Shown piece after piece: positions 9,385 to 17,216 of a stretch of DNA of 64,000 nt. The notes below the pieces were generated by a model. The model had not been told where the DNA came from. It worked only from the letters and a program-made list of their open reading frames with translations, and made no database searches. The translations under genes were made by a program, and so were the position numbers. Within the stretch, counting starts at the first letter, position 1. The number at the start of each line of letters is the position of its first letter. The DNA comes from Hyphomonadaceae bacterium (GTDB lineage: Bacteria > Pseudomonadota > Alphaproteobacteria > Caulobacterales > Hyphomonadaceae): contig JANSWU010000004.1 of assembly GCA_024743315.1 (NCBI GenBank), positions 323,106 to 387,105 on the forward strand, given 5' to 3'.

Positions 9385-9481
9385 GGCCCGATCCACGCAA
9401 TGTGGAGACGGGCCCGGAAACAGACGAACGCCCTGACCTGATCAACAGGTCAGCCTGTTTCATTGCGCAGCGCTTGCGCAA
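9385..9481 (+). promoter_or_regulatory. Structured 5' leader (2-3 hairpins)
   Basis: ggcccg/cgggcc enclosing tccac/gtgga (9385-9414); aaacag/ctgttt enclosing ctgacctg/caggtcag (9418-9460); tgcgca pair (9463-9481). Confidence 0.55.
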
Positions 9482-9498
9482 AACCGGATACTTATAAA

Positions 9499-9756
9499 AT
9501 GGACATATCTCGCGCGGAACAGCGCATTCTGCACTTGCTGGCGCAAGGCGGCAGGATCGAAATCGAACGTGGCGAAACGCGCAAGATCGAGCGCGTCACA
9601 TGCATCAATCGAGACGGTTGGCGAGCCCCTGGGCTCGACTTGTTTCTGTTTCGCAAACTGAAACGCCGACGGGCCATCGCCTCGAAACGCGGCCAACCCT
9701 ATCGGATAACGCGGCGTGGGTTGGAATTGGTGCGGTCCGAATTCGATAATCGCTAA
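9499..9756 (+). CDS. yjhX: YjhX/TopAI (UPF0386) family protein
   Basis: MDISRAEQRILHLLAQGGRI...VTCINRDGW...LFRKLKRRRAIASKRGQPYRITRRGLELVRSEFDNR. Confidence 0.88.
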   Translation: MDISRAEQRILHLLAQGGRIEIERGETRKIERVTCINRDGWRAPGLDLFLFRKLKRRRAIASKRGQPYRITRRGLELVRSEFDNR

Positions 9757-9759
9757 AAT

Positions 9760-9797
9760 TGACGGGAGCGCGCGCAAAAAACGTGACTCTCCCGTCA
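9760..9797 (+). terminator. Hairpin after the yjhX-family gene
   Basis: tgacgggag / ctcccgtca 9-bp inverted repeat; weak U-tract. Confidence 0.4.
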
Positions 9798-9921
9798 CAC
9801 TTTCTGACAATGCTGTTAGAGTAGAAATTCATGTCTTTTCTGATTTGAGAACGAGTCTTAACAGACTAGCAACGCGAAGCGCGCGCATATACTCAAACAA
9901 AGCCAATCGGAGGCCTTCAGA

Positions 9922-10812
9922 ATGATCCCTCGCTCAGTTGCGATCCCTAAAAACTGGACCACATTCAATTTCGCGAGTTTCTTCTCTGCATTTTTGTACC
10001 CAGCCCTTGGTCTTGCAACCCTGATTACCGTGATCATTCTTGGCCTGGCGATTTCAGGACTGACCCTGCGCTGGTATTATCTGCCACTTGGGATCGGGGT
10101 TGTCGCGCTCTCTATCTTCGTCTGCAATGCTGGCATTGGGCCTTTGCACCGGATCATGCAGCACAAAGCGGGTGAGCTGCGCGCGCCGGGACAGGTCGTG
10201 ACCATGATCAATCTGATGATCGCCATGCAAGGCAATGTGCGCGACTGGGTGAATTATCACAGCCAGCATCATCGCTTTTCAGACAAGCCTGGTGATCCGC
10301 ACAATCCATTTGAGTCCAAACGCTGGGCCTGGGTCGGATGGATCCTTTGGCGTGACGCGAAAGACATGATGCGCCCGATGCCGATGTGGCTTAAAAAGCA
10401 ACCGATCGTGGTCTGGATGGACGGCTTCTACAATTCCTTGTCCCTGGTCTTACACCTCTTTGTACCGGCCGTGATCTATCTGATTGTCTGGGCCGCTGGG
10501 GGCTCGCTGGTGCTTACCGCGATCTGTCATGCCTGCTTCGTGATTGGTCGGGCGATCCAGTTCCACGCGACAGTTTACGGCATCAATGTGCTTGGCCATT
10601 TGCCAACGCCAAAATGGGCCGACCATCTGATTGGCCTCCTGACCGGCGGCGAGGCGTTCCATGATCACCATCATGAGGAACCGCAAAGCGCCCTGCACCG
10701 CCCGCGCAAAGGCCTGTGGAACCGTATAGTCGATTATAATGGCACCATTCTTTTGGTGTATGAAAAGCTTGGTTGGGTAAAGAACCTGAAGATTGCTCCA
10801 CAATTTGCTTAG
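9922..10812 (+). CDS. Membrane fatty-acid desaturase (delta-9-like)
   Basis: His boxes HRIMQH, HSQHH and HDHHH; SDKPGDPHNP; hydrophobic segments. Confidence 0.85.
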   Translation: MIPRSVAIPKNWTTFNFASFFSAFLYPALGLATLITVIILGLAISGLTLRWYYLPLGIGVVALSIFVCNAGIGPLHRIMQHKAGELRAPGQVVTMINLMIAMQGNVRDWVNYHSQHHRFSDKPGDPHNPFESKRWAWVGWILWRDAKDMMRPMPMWLKKQPIVVWMDGFYNSLSLVLHLFVPAVIYLIVWAAGGSLVLTAICHACFVIGRAIQFHATVYGINVLGHLPTPKWADHLIGLLTGGEAFHDHHHEEPQSALHRPRKGLWNRIVDYNGTILLVYEKLGWVKNLKIAPQFA

Positions 10813-10849
10813 GCGCGATATCGGCTGAGAATTTTTTTAAGCATCTGAT

Positions 10850-10882
10850 GCGGCCCCTCATCCATTGAGGGGCCGCTTTTTT
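10850..10882 (+). terminator. Rho-independent terminator
   Basis: gcggcccctca-tccat-tgaggggccgc followed by T6. Confidence 0.9.
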
Positions 10883-11072
10883 ATGGATTCTGGGGAAAGT
10901 GGTTCAATCCGGAACAGGTTTGCAAACAGGCTCCTAATGCTGGTGTCTGGGTTGTGTTCAATTTTCGAGAAAATTCTCCAATCCACCTGAAACCGACTTT
11001 AATTCGGGCCCTGTATAAAAGCGTCATGGCTGCAGAAGCGGCTTGTTGAACCCTTAGAAAGTGGTTGGAAAA

Positions 11073-11339
11073 ATGACGCAGAATGCTCAATCTCTAAGCG
11101 TGCGGGGGCCCGATGGGCGCCCGCTCACACTTGCAGACTTGCCGAAGCCAGGGATCACCCGCTGGGTAACCCGTCGCAAGGCTGAAGTCGTTGCCGCCGT
11201 ATCCGGTGGCCTCCTGTCAGAGGAAGAAGCGCTTCGCCGCTATGATCTCAGCGAAGAAGAATTCTCTGGCTGGCGTTCCCTTTATTCGAAGCATGGCCGC
11301 AAAGGCCTGCGCACGACGCGCGTTCAGCAATACCGCTAA
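11073..11339 (+). CDS. sciP: CtrA inhibitor SciP (DUF1153)
   Basis: GPDGRPLTLADLP...RWVTRRKAEVVAAVSGGLLSEEEALRRYDLSEEEF...GLRTTRVQQYR. Confidence 0.95.
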   Translation: MTQNAQSLSVRGPDGRPLTLADLPKPGITRWVTRRKAEVVAAVSGGLLSEEEALRRYDLSEEEFSGWRSLYSKHGRKGLRTTRVQQYR

Positions 11340-11385
11340 ACGCGCCGGGGACACAACTGATCCTGCAATGAGCTGAGGCTCATTG

Positions 11386-11401
11386 TTAAAGCGCCGTTTA
11401 C
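11386..11401 (+). promoter_or_regulatory. CtrA box upstream of mini-fliF
   Basis: TTAA-agcgccg-TTTAC, one mismatch to TTAA-N7-TTAAC; directly preceded by the inverted repeat caatgagc/gctcattg. Confidence 0.6.
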
Positions 11402-11461
11402 GACGCCGCTCGTATAGACTTACGAGAATGCCCGCTTCTGCGTCGGGCCAAGGTGTTGTGA

Positions 11462-12103
11462 ATGAGCGCGAAAGACCGAACGCCGACCTTGCGTCTCCTG
11501 GCCCTCGCCGCTTTTCTTTTAGCGGCGGGGCTTTTGGCTTTGCGCGCATATGACCTGTTTGGCACCGTGAAGTCGGAGCCGGTCGGCAGTTCCGTCGAAC
11601 GTCAGCTCACTTATTTGCTGGAGCCGATCACTGGCACGGACCGGGTACGCGTATCGGTCACGGGTCGGGCCCCAAAAACTGTTCTGATCATGGTGGATGG
11701 CGACCTGGCCAGTGATTTGCGTCCGCTGCGAACCCGCGTCGAAAATATTTTGCAGGCATCGATCGGCTTTGATGTCGAAGCTGACAAATTGACATTATCG
11801 CAATTTCCATTCGCGCGCGGCGTGGGTGGATCGCTCACCCCGTTCCAGATCGCCGAGCTAACCGGACTGAGCCTGCTATCGCTAACCCTGCTCGTTATCC
11901 TGTTGAGTTCGCAAAGGCAGCCTGAGATAATGACCGCCAGCCCGCACCGGACCGCCATTCAGCCGCCGCCGCGCCCGCAACATCCTGCAATTCCGATGAC
12001 AACCGAACCCAATGACGTTCGCGAAGCCGCCGCCCTCGCAGAAGCCAACCCTCAAGAAACAGCCAATCTCGTTCGCGGTTGGTTGTCTTATGCGGAGGAT
12101 TAG
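11462..12103 (+). CDS. Short FliF-like M-ring protein (213 aa)
   Basis: N-terminal TM, RBM3-like LLEPITGTDRVRVSV...VLIMVDG...ASIGFD...KLTLSQFPF, second TM, C-terminal NPQETANLVRGWL helix; abuts fliG. Confidence 0.75.
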   Translation: MSAKDRTPTLRLLALAAFLLAAGLLALRAYDLFGTVKSEPVGSSVERQLTYLLEPITGTDRVRVSVTGRAPKTVLIMVDGDLASDLRPLRTRVENILQASIGFDVEADKLTLSQFPFARGVGGSLTPFQIAELTGLSLLSLTLLVILLSSQRQPEIMTASPHRTAIQPPPRPQHPAIPMTTEPNDVREAAALAEANPQETANLVRGWLSYAED

Positions 12104-13033
12104 ATGAGCCTGCCTGCCCTCGCCACGGCCGCGCCGCAAGCATCCGGCTTGACCCGCAGCGCCTTATTGATGCGCGCGCTCGGCGCCAAAGCCGCGGCCG
12201 TATGGTCGCAGCTGACCCCGGAAGAAGCTGAACGATTGAGTCTGGCCATGCAATCCCTGCCAGAAGATGGCGCAGCCGAACAAGACGCGGTTTCAACCTA
12301 TGTCCGGTCCATGCGCACCCCGGTCGTGCAAGCGCTTCCGAAACCAGACTCGGTCTGGGAGGATTTGTCTCAATGTGATGGGGCGTTCCTCGCCGGAATA
12401 ATCCAAAATGAAAGCCCGCAAGTTATTGCGTTGACCCTATCCCGCCTATCGCCACAAGCGGCGGCTGATACTGTTCGCGCCTTACCGCGATCGCTGGCAA
12501 CGGAATCCTTGAAGCGGCTGCTCAATCTGGGGGCAATCCACCCAGCTGCATTGAAAGCGCTTTCACTTTCCCTATCACAGCAACTCGATCGACGTCAGTC
12601 CCGCGATCTCAGCGGCGGACATGAACATGTTGCCCGGATTTTCGATCAGCTCGACAGCACATCTGAGAGCAAGCTCCTGTCCGCGCTGGATAGCGCCGAA
12701 CCTGGATCAGGCGAAAAGATCCGCGCCTTGATGTTCACCTTTGAAGACCTCGCGAAGCTCGATCCGGCCAGCCTGCAGACCATTCTCGTGAATGTTGATC
12801 GGGCCGTCCTCACGATTGCCCTGAAGGGCGCCGGTGAGGTCATCACTGAAGCCTTCTTCAAGAACATCACCCAACGCGCCGCAGCGCTGTTGCGGGAAGA
12901 AATCGCCAATGTCGGTCCGGTCCGGCGCAGCGAGATTGATGCCGCCCGCGCCGACGTGTTGGCGGTCGCCCGGGCCCTGGTGAAACGCGGCGATTTGTTG
13001 CCTCAGAGCGCTGATGATGAGCTGATCGAATGA
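12104..13033 (+). CDS. fliG: Flagellar motor switch protein FliG
   Basis: ESPQVIALTLSRL (EHPQ-like), GGHEHVARIF, MFTFEDL, QRAAALLREEIANVGPVRRSEID. Confidence 0.9.
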   Translation: MSLPALATAAPQASGLTRSALLMRALGAKAAAVWSQLTPEEAERLSLAMQSLPEDGAAEQDAVSTYVRSMRTPVVQALPKPDSVWEDLSQCDGAFLAGIIQNESPQVIALTLSRLSPQAAADTVRALPRSLATESLKRLLNLGAIHPAALKALSLSLSQQLDRRQSRDLSGGHEHVARIFDQLDSTSESKLLSALDSAEPGSGEKIRALMFTFEDLAKLDPASLQTILVNVDRAVLTIALKGAGEVITEAFFKNITQRAAALLREEIANVGPVRRSEIDAARADVLAVARALVKRGDLLPQSADDELIE

Positions 13034-13389
13034 AGCGACTTATCCAAACCATAGAACCATTTCCATTTGAAAGCGATTTCAGCGCCCCGGCCCCCGCCGC
13101 TCGTGACACTGTCACCTTGCAAACCTCGGAACTTGCACTTTTGCTTTCAGACGCCCAGGCCAGCGGCGCTGCGATTGCACGCAATGATACGCTCGCCGAA
13201 CAGGCAGACCGGCTTGAGAAAACCTCATCTGAGCTCAAATCGGTATTGGCGAGCATAGTTGAGCTGGCTACCTGTCTTGAGAAAGCCGCAATCGATGAAC
13301 AAGACCGCGCGGAGGCCCTCGAGCGCGTGCGCCGCCTCGCCGCAGTTGTGATCGAGGGGCAAGCTGACTTATTTTCGGAACAAAGATGA
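13030..13389 (+). CDS. Truncated FliH/FlbE-like protein (119 aa)
   Basis: Position between fliG and fliN, N-terminal FPFESDF aromatic motif, helical body, ATGA overlap; the C-terminal FliH domain is absent. Confidence 0.55.
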   Translation: MKRLIQTIEPFPFESDFSAPAPAARDTVTLQTSELALLLSDAQASGAAIARNDTLAEQADRLEKTSSELKSVLASIVELATCLEKAAIDEQDRAEALERVRRLAAVVIEGQADLFSEQR

Positions 13390-13455
13390 TTTGTTCATTT
13401 CTCGGCAACCATTCACAGCCACGTTAATACCTTAAACCAAAGAGACACTCGCCTC

Positions 13456-13722
13456 ATGACCGCAAATCGCGCGCTCGAAAACTCGCTCATGGACGCTCCC
13501 GTTCGGGTCGATGTCGTCCTGGGCGAAGCGCGCATACCGATGGAAGAGCTGATGTCGCTAAGTGAAGGCGAGATTGTCGAGCTTGAAAACAGCACGACCG
13601 ACCTGGTCGATATCTATGTTTCGGATCGGTTGATGGCCCGCGGCCGTCTGGTTGTCGCAGATGGCCAGCTCGGCGTGACCCTGAGCGAAATCATCGACTC
13701 CAGAACACAGCCTTTCGCGTAA
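13456..13722 (+). CDS. fliN: FliN / SpoA-domain protein
   Basis: LMDAPVRVDVVLGEARIPMEELMSLSEGEIVEL...VDIYVSDRLMARGRLVVADGQLGVTLSEI. Confidence 0.88.
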   Translation: MTANRALENSLMDAPVRVDVVLGEARIPMEELMSLSEGEIVELENSTTDLVDIYVSDRLMARGRLVVADGQLGVTLSEIIDSRTQPFA

Positions 13723-13784
13723 AACGCGAGTTTCATTGCACATTTTCCCTCTGTGTGATCATTATCACGAGGGAGGGCGTTCTC

Positions 13785-15116
13785 ATGAAAATAATAAAGA
13801 CACTCATTGTCGGCTTCAGCACCATTATTCTGGGGGCTGCAATGGCGCATTCAGCAAACGCAGAAGAAAAACGGTTAGCCTTATTAATGGCCAATCAGGA
13901 TTATCCGAGCGAAGTTGGCAAACTTTCCAATACGCATCGCGACGCCGCCATGATCGAGGCGTCACTCAAGACCCTTGGCTATCAGATCACCAAAGTGCTG
14001 GATGCCGATTCCGATGGCATGGATCAAGCGATCACCAATTTTGAGCGCGCCATTGAAGCCGAGGCCGCTGACGGCGATGATGTCGTTGTCTTTGTTTACG
14101 CCTCGATGCATGGGGCCACAGCGCAAGTTGACGGGCGCGCCCGCAACTTTCTATTGCCCGCCAAGGAATCGATCAGCACGCCGGGGCAGCTCATTCGCAA
14201 GGGCATTCGGGTCGACCACTTGATTCAGGGCCTCTCTGCAAGCAGCGCTAAAGCCGTGGTTCTCGTCTCAGACGCCTGTCGGAACGAGCTGGAACAGTCT
14301 TTTTCCAAAAGCACAACCAAAGGCTTTGTCCCGGTCCGCGCACAGTCTGGCGTCGTGGTCGCCTATGCAACAGCGCCAGGATCAACCACGCCGGATGACG
14401 GTTTGTTCGCACGGGTGCTCGCGGAAGAATTGCTGGAAGAAGAGCGCAAGGCCAGTTTCGCCATGCTTGAAACCATTGAAGAGGTCGCCAAGCAGCGTGC
14501 GATTGATGGCCAGCCCTATATGACGTCCGGCGGATTGCCGGACTGGTTCTGCTTCAACAAATGCCCATCCGATCAATTGCTGACAGAGAATGAAGCGATC
14601 GCGCTCGGCCAGGCGCTATCATCAAATAGCATCGCCAAGCTGCAGGAATTTCGCACAAGATTCCCGCAAAGCAATTTCCTCGACCTGATCGACACGCGGA
14701 TTGCCAATGTTGGTCCCCGCAATTTGAAACTCACAGTCAAGCGGATCGAATGTTTGCTGGCCGATGATGAAGGTCCCTTCAATACGGTCGATATGCGTAA
14801 GATGTTTGTCAGCGCAAAGCTGACCTCGAGTGTCCAGCCGATGATCCTTTATGATTGGAAGAATGGCGAAAAAGGCTTCAGCACGGGCGACAAGCTTAAC
14901 GTCAACCAGTCGATCGAATTTCTGTATGATCCACGGGTCGACGAGACCATCGCCTTGACCGCAGAAATGATCGATGGCGACCCGGTCGGCGATGATGAGC
15001 GCGGCGGGTTCAAAGACCGAGCGTTTCCAATTGACCGCATCGGCCAGGAACAGACCTTCAATATCAGCTCGCGCGATTTCAGCTTTAATATTGTGTATCA
15101 ATTCGACGAAGGCTGA
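13785..15116 (+). CDS. Secreted caspase-family (peptidase C14) protein with extra C-terminal domain
   Basis: Signal peptide ending ANA-E, RLALLMANQDY, dyad motifs YASMHG and SDACRN, VAYATAPG; C-terminal beta-rich domain. Confidence 0.85.
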   Translation: MKIIKTLIVGFSTIILGAAMAHSANAEEKRLALLMANQDYPSEVGKLSNTHRDAAMIEASLKTLGYQITKVLDADSDGMDQAITNFERAIEAEAADGDDVVVFVYASMHGATAQVDGRARNFLLPAKESISTPGQLIRKGIRVDHLIQGLSASSAKAVVLVSDACRNELEQSFSKSTTKGFVPVRAQSGVVVAYATAPGSTTPDDGLFARVLAEELLEEERKASFAMLETIEEVAKQRAIDGQPYMTSGGLPDWFCFNKCPSDQLLTENEAIALGQALSSNSIAKLQEFRTRFPQSNFLDLIDTRIANVGPRNLKLTVKRIECLLADDEGPFNTVDMRKMFVSAKLTSSVQPMILYDWKNGEKGFSTGDKLNVNQSIEFLYDPRVDETIALTAEMIDGDPVGDDERGGFKDRAFPIDRIGQEQTFNISSRDFSFNIVYQFDEG

Positions 15117-15196
15117 TTCCCGCGCCGTACCGCCCACGCCGCAGATGTAAACTTGTCCACATTCACCAGAAGCTGTGAAAAACTAACAAATCAACA

Positions 15197-15211
15197 GATT
15201 CTGTTAACCAT
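15197..15211 (+). promoter_or_regulatory. CtrA half-site TTAACCAT plus GANTC upstream of flhF-like gene
   Basis: gattc 15197-15201, TTAACCAT 15204-15211. Confidence 0.55.
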
Positions 15212-15251
15212 TTCGCCTCAACACTCGATTCCATAAAGTGGAGTGTGCTGT

Positions 15252-16256
15252 ATGCGAATGAAGATGTTTGCCGCTGAGTCCCTTGAGGCAGCAAAGGCAT
15301 TAATCTTCGCGGAAATGGGCGATGATGCGGTCATCCTGTCCGAACGCGAAGTGCCAGGCGGCGTGGAAGTGCGAGCAGCGACGGATAAAATGGGCGGCGG
15401 AATGGTGCCCAGTGAGTCGCGAATTCTGACCCGACTGGGCGCCAATCCGGCGCCGCGTCTGGTCGAAAGCCCGGTTCGCAATCGCGTTCGCGACTCCCTC
15501 TTGTGGCATGGCGCACCGCAAAGGTTTGCCGACCGGATTGCGGATGCTGGACTGACAGGCGGGTTTGAAGGCAGCGAACCGAGTGCGGCTTTGGCCGCCG
15601 GTCTTGAATCCACCATTTCTTGTGACCCAATCCCACCGGTGCCACATCGCAATATCGTTTTGGTCGGCGCCCCAGGACACGGCCGCACCGCAACCGCTGC
15701 CAAGCTCACACGCCGCGCCGCTGTTGCCAAAGCGGAAGTCTTGCCGGTCGCCGCCGACCTCGACTTGACCGCCGGCGGCGCGCAACTCGCGGCCTATCTT
15801 GAAAAAGAGCAGGACCAGATCCGTTCGGTAACCAATCCGGATGATCTGTTCGCCCTACTCAAAACCATCAAAGCGGATAATAAACGCTGCATCATCGACA
15901 TGCCGGCGATTATTCCGTTTGACCAGGAAGACATGGCGAGCCTGCAAGACCTGCTTGCGGTGATTGATGCCGAGCCGGTGCTTGTGATCAGCGCCGAAGG
16001 GCATCCTGAAGATCTCAATGAGGCCGCAAGAGCCTTTGCAAGATGTGGAGTGCGGAGAGCGATCGTGACCAAGCTGGACGTGACCCGCCGAAGGGGCGGT
16101 ATCGTTTCAGCGCTCATATCAGCTAAAATCGCATTCTCGCACCTCGCCATCACCCCATTCATTGGTGGTGGCCTGGTGCCAGCGACCCCATCAAGACTGG
16201 CCCAATTGCTGACAGAAGACGCACCGGCCCATGTCGCACTGAAAGGAGCCGCGTAA
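15252..16256 (+). CDS. flhF: FlhF-like SRP-family GTPase with degenerate motifs
   Basis: N-terminal MRMKMFAAESLEAAKALIFAEMGDDAVILS, GAPGHGRT P-loop variant, TKLD G4. Confidence 0.82.
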   Translation: MRMKMFAAESLEAAKALIFAEMGDDAVILSEREVPGGVEVRAATDKMGGGMVPSESRILTRLGANPAPRLVESPVRNRVRDSLLWHGAPQRFADRIADAGLTGGFEGSEPSAALAAGLESTISCDPIPPVPHRNIVLVGAPGHGRTATAAKLTRRAAVAKAEVLPVAADLDLTAGGAQLAAYLEKEQDQIRSVTNPDDLFALLKTIKADNKRCIIDMPAIIPFDQEDMASLQDLLAVIDAEPVLVISAEGHPEDLNEAARAFARCGVRRAIVTKLDVTRRRGGIVSALISAKIAFSHLAITPFIGGGLVPATPSRLAQLLTEDAPAHVALKGAA

Positions 16257-17092
16257 TGAGCTTCCTACTTCCGAAATCACAAGAGCGACCGAACCAGCGC
16301 CCACCGCGCCGGGTCGAACCTGCTTCGATCATTGCGGTCGGCTCCGGCAAAGGCGGCGTTGGCAAGACATTCATGTCGATCACCCTGGCCAGCGCCATGG
16401 CACAAGCCGGACGACGCACGCTGCTGGTCGATGGTGACCTTGGACTCGCTAATGTCGATGTACAGCTTGGCATCGCGCCAGAAACCGATCTTGCGGCCGT
16501 CATCGCAGGATGGGTTGAGCTCGAAGACGCGGTAACCCCGGTCGATGGCGGCTCTGCAAATGGCGGCTTTGACGTCCTGCCCGGTCGATCTGGATCCGGT
16601 GCTTTGGCCGAACTCTCGTCTGAAGAGGTGGCGCGGCTGGCTGCCGGTCTCTCCGCGCTCGCCTTGCAATATGATCAGGTCATTCTGGATCTTGGTGCCG
16701 GGATCGAAGCCAATTGCATGCGTCTGGCGCGCGCCGCAGACAAAGTGCTGATGGTCATCACCGACGAGCCGACCTCGATGACTGATGCTTATGCATTCAT
16801 CAAAGTTTTGAAGGGCTATGCCCCGAGCGTAGAACAAACCATTGCGATCAATCAGTGCGAAACCCGGTCCGCCGGGCAGAACACCTATTCTGCGGTGGCC
16901 CAAGCGTGTCAGACCTTTTTAGGCTTCCGGCCGCACCTGGCGGGCACAATTATTCGCGACGATGCCGTTCGCGAAGCCATTCGCAGCCAGAGAACGTTAA
17001 TTTCAACAAACGCGTCTTCACAGCCCGTGCAGGACGTTATCGCCATTGCTCACACGCTTCTCGGGCGGACCGGGCAAGACCTGCATTCTTAA
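16256..17092 (+). CDS. flhG: FlhG/FleN (MinD/ParA-family) ATPase
   Basis: SGKGGVGKT, VDGDLGLANVD, DLGAGI, EPTSMTDAYAFIK; coupled to flhF. Confidence 0.88.
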   Translation: MSFLLPKSQERPNQRPPRRVEPASIIAVGSGKGGVGKTFMSITLASAMAQAGRRTLLVDGDLGLANVDVQLGIAPETDLAAVIAGWVELEDAVTPVDGGSANGGFDVLPGRSGSGALAELSSEEVARLAAGLSALALQYDQVILDLGAGIEANCMRLARAADKVLMVITDEPTSMTDAYAFIKVLKGYAPSVEQTIAINQCETRSAGQNTYSAVAQACQTFLGFRPHLAGTIIRDDAVREAIRSQRTLISTNASSQPVQDVIAIAHTLLGRTGQDLHS

Positions 17093-17117
17093 GAGGTGTG
17101 AATAAAATTATCGTTTC

Positions 17118-17204
17118 GAATCCGATTGTTAAATCTTCGGTTACTTTCATTACCTAGATTCACAATGGTTAACGATCACGCTAGGAATGCGAATAGACTG
17201 ATTC
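17118..17204. promoter_or_regulatory. ctrA promoter region: three GANTC sites and a TTAACCAT half-site
   Basis: GANTC at 17118, 17157 and 17200; TTAACCAT on the minus strand at 17165-17172; further TTAA...TTAC at 17129-17144. Confidence 0.65.
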
Positions 17205-17216
17205 GGGGAGCTGAAT

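Noticed and set aside
9340-9480. Leader as 6S RNA, tmRNA, SRP RNA or a known riboswitch
   Set aside because: I could not find the conserved motifs of these families; a covariance search would be needed to exclude them formally.
9499-9756. Complete TopAI-YjhQ toxin-antitoxin system
   Set aside because: No adjacent GNAT antitoxin; the next gene is a desaturase behind a hairpin.
11462-13722. Treating the short flagellar genes as pseudogenes
   Set aside because: There are no internal stops or frameshifts, coupling is preserved, and key motifs and CtrA sites are retained; the missing sequence is not found in adjacent frames. It still needs a dN/dS test.
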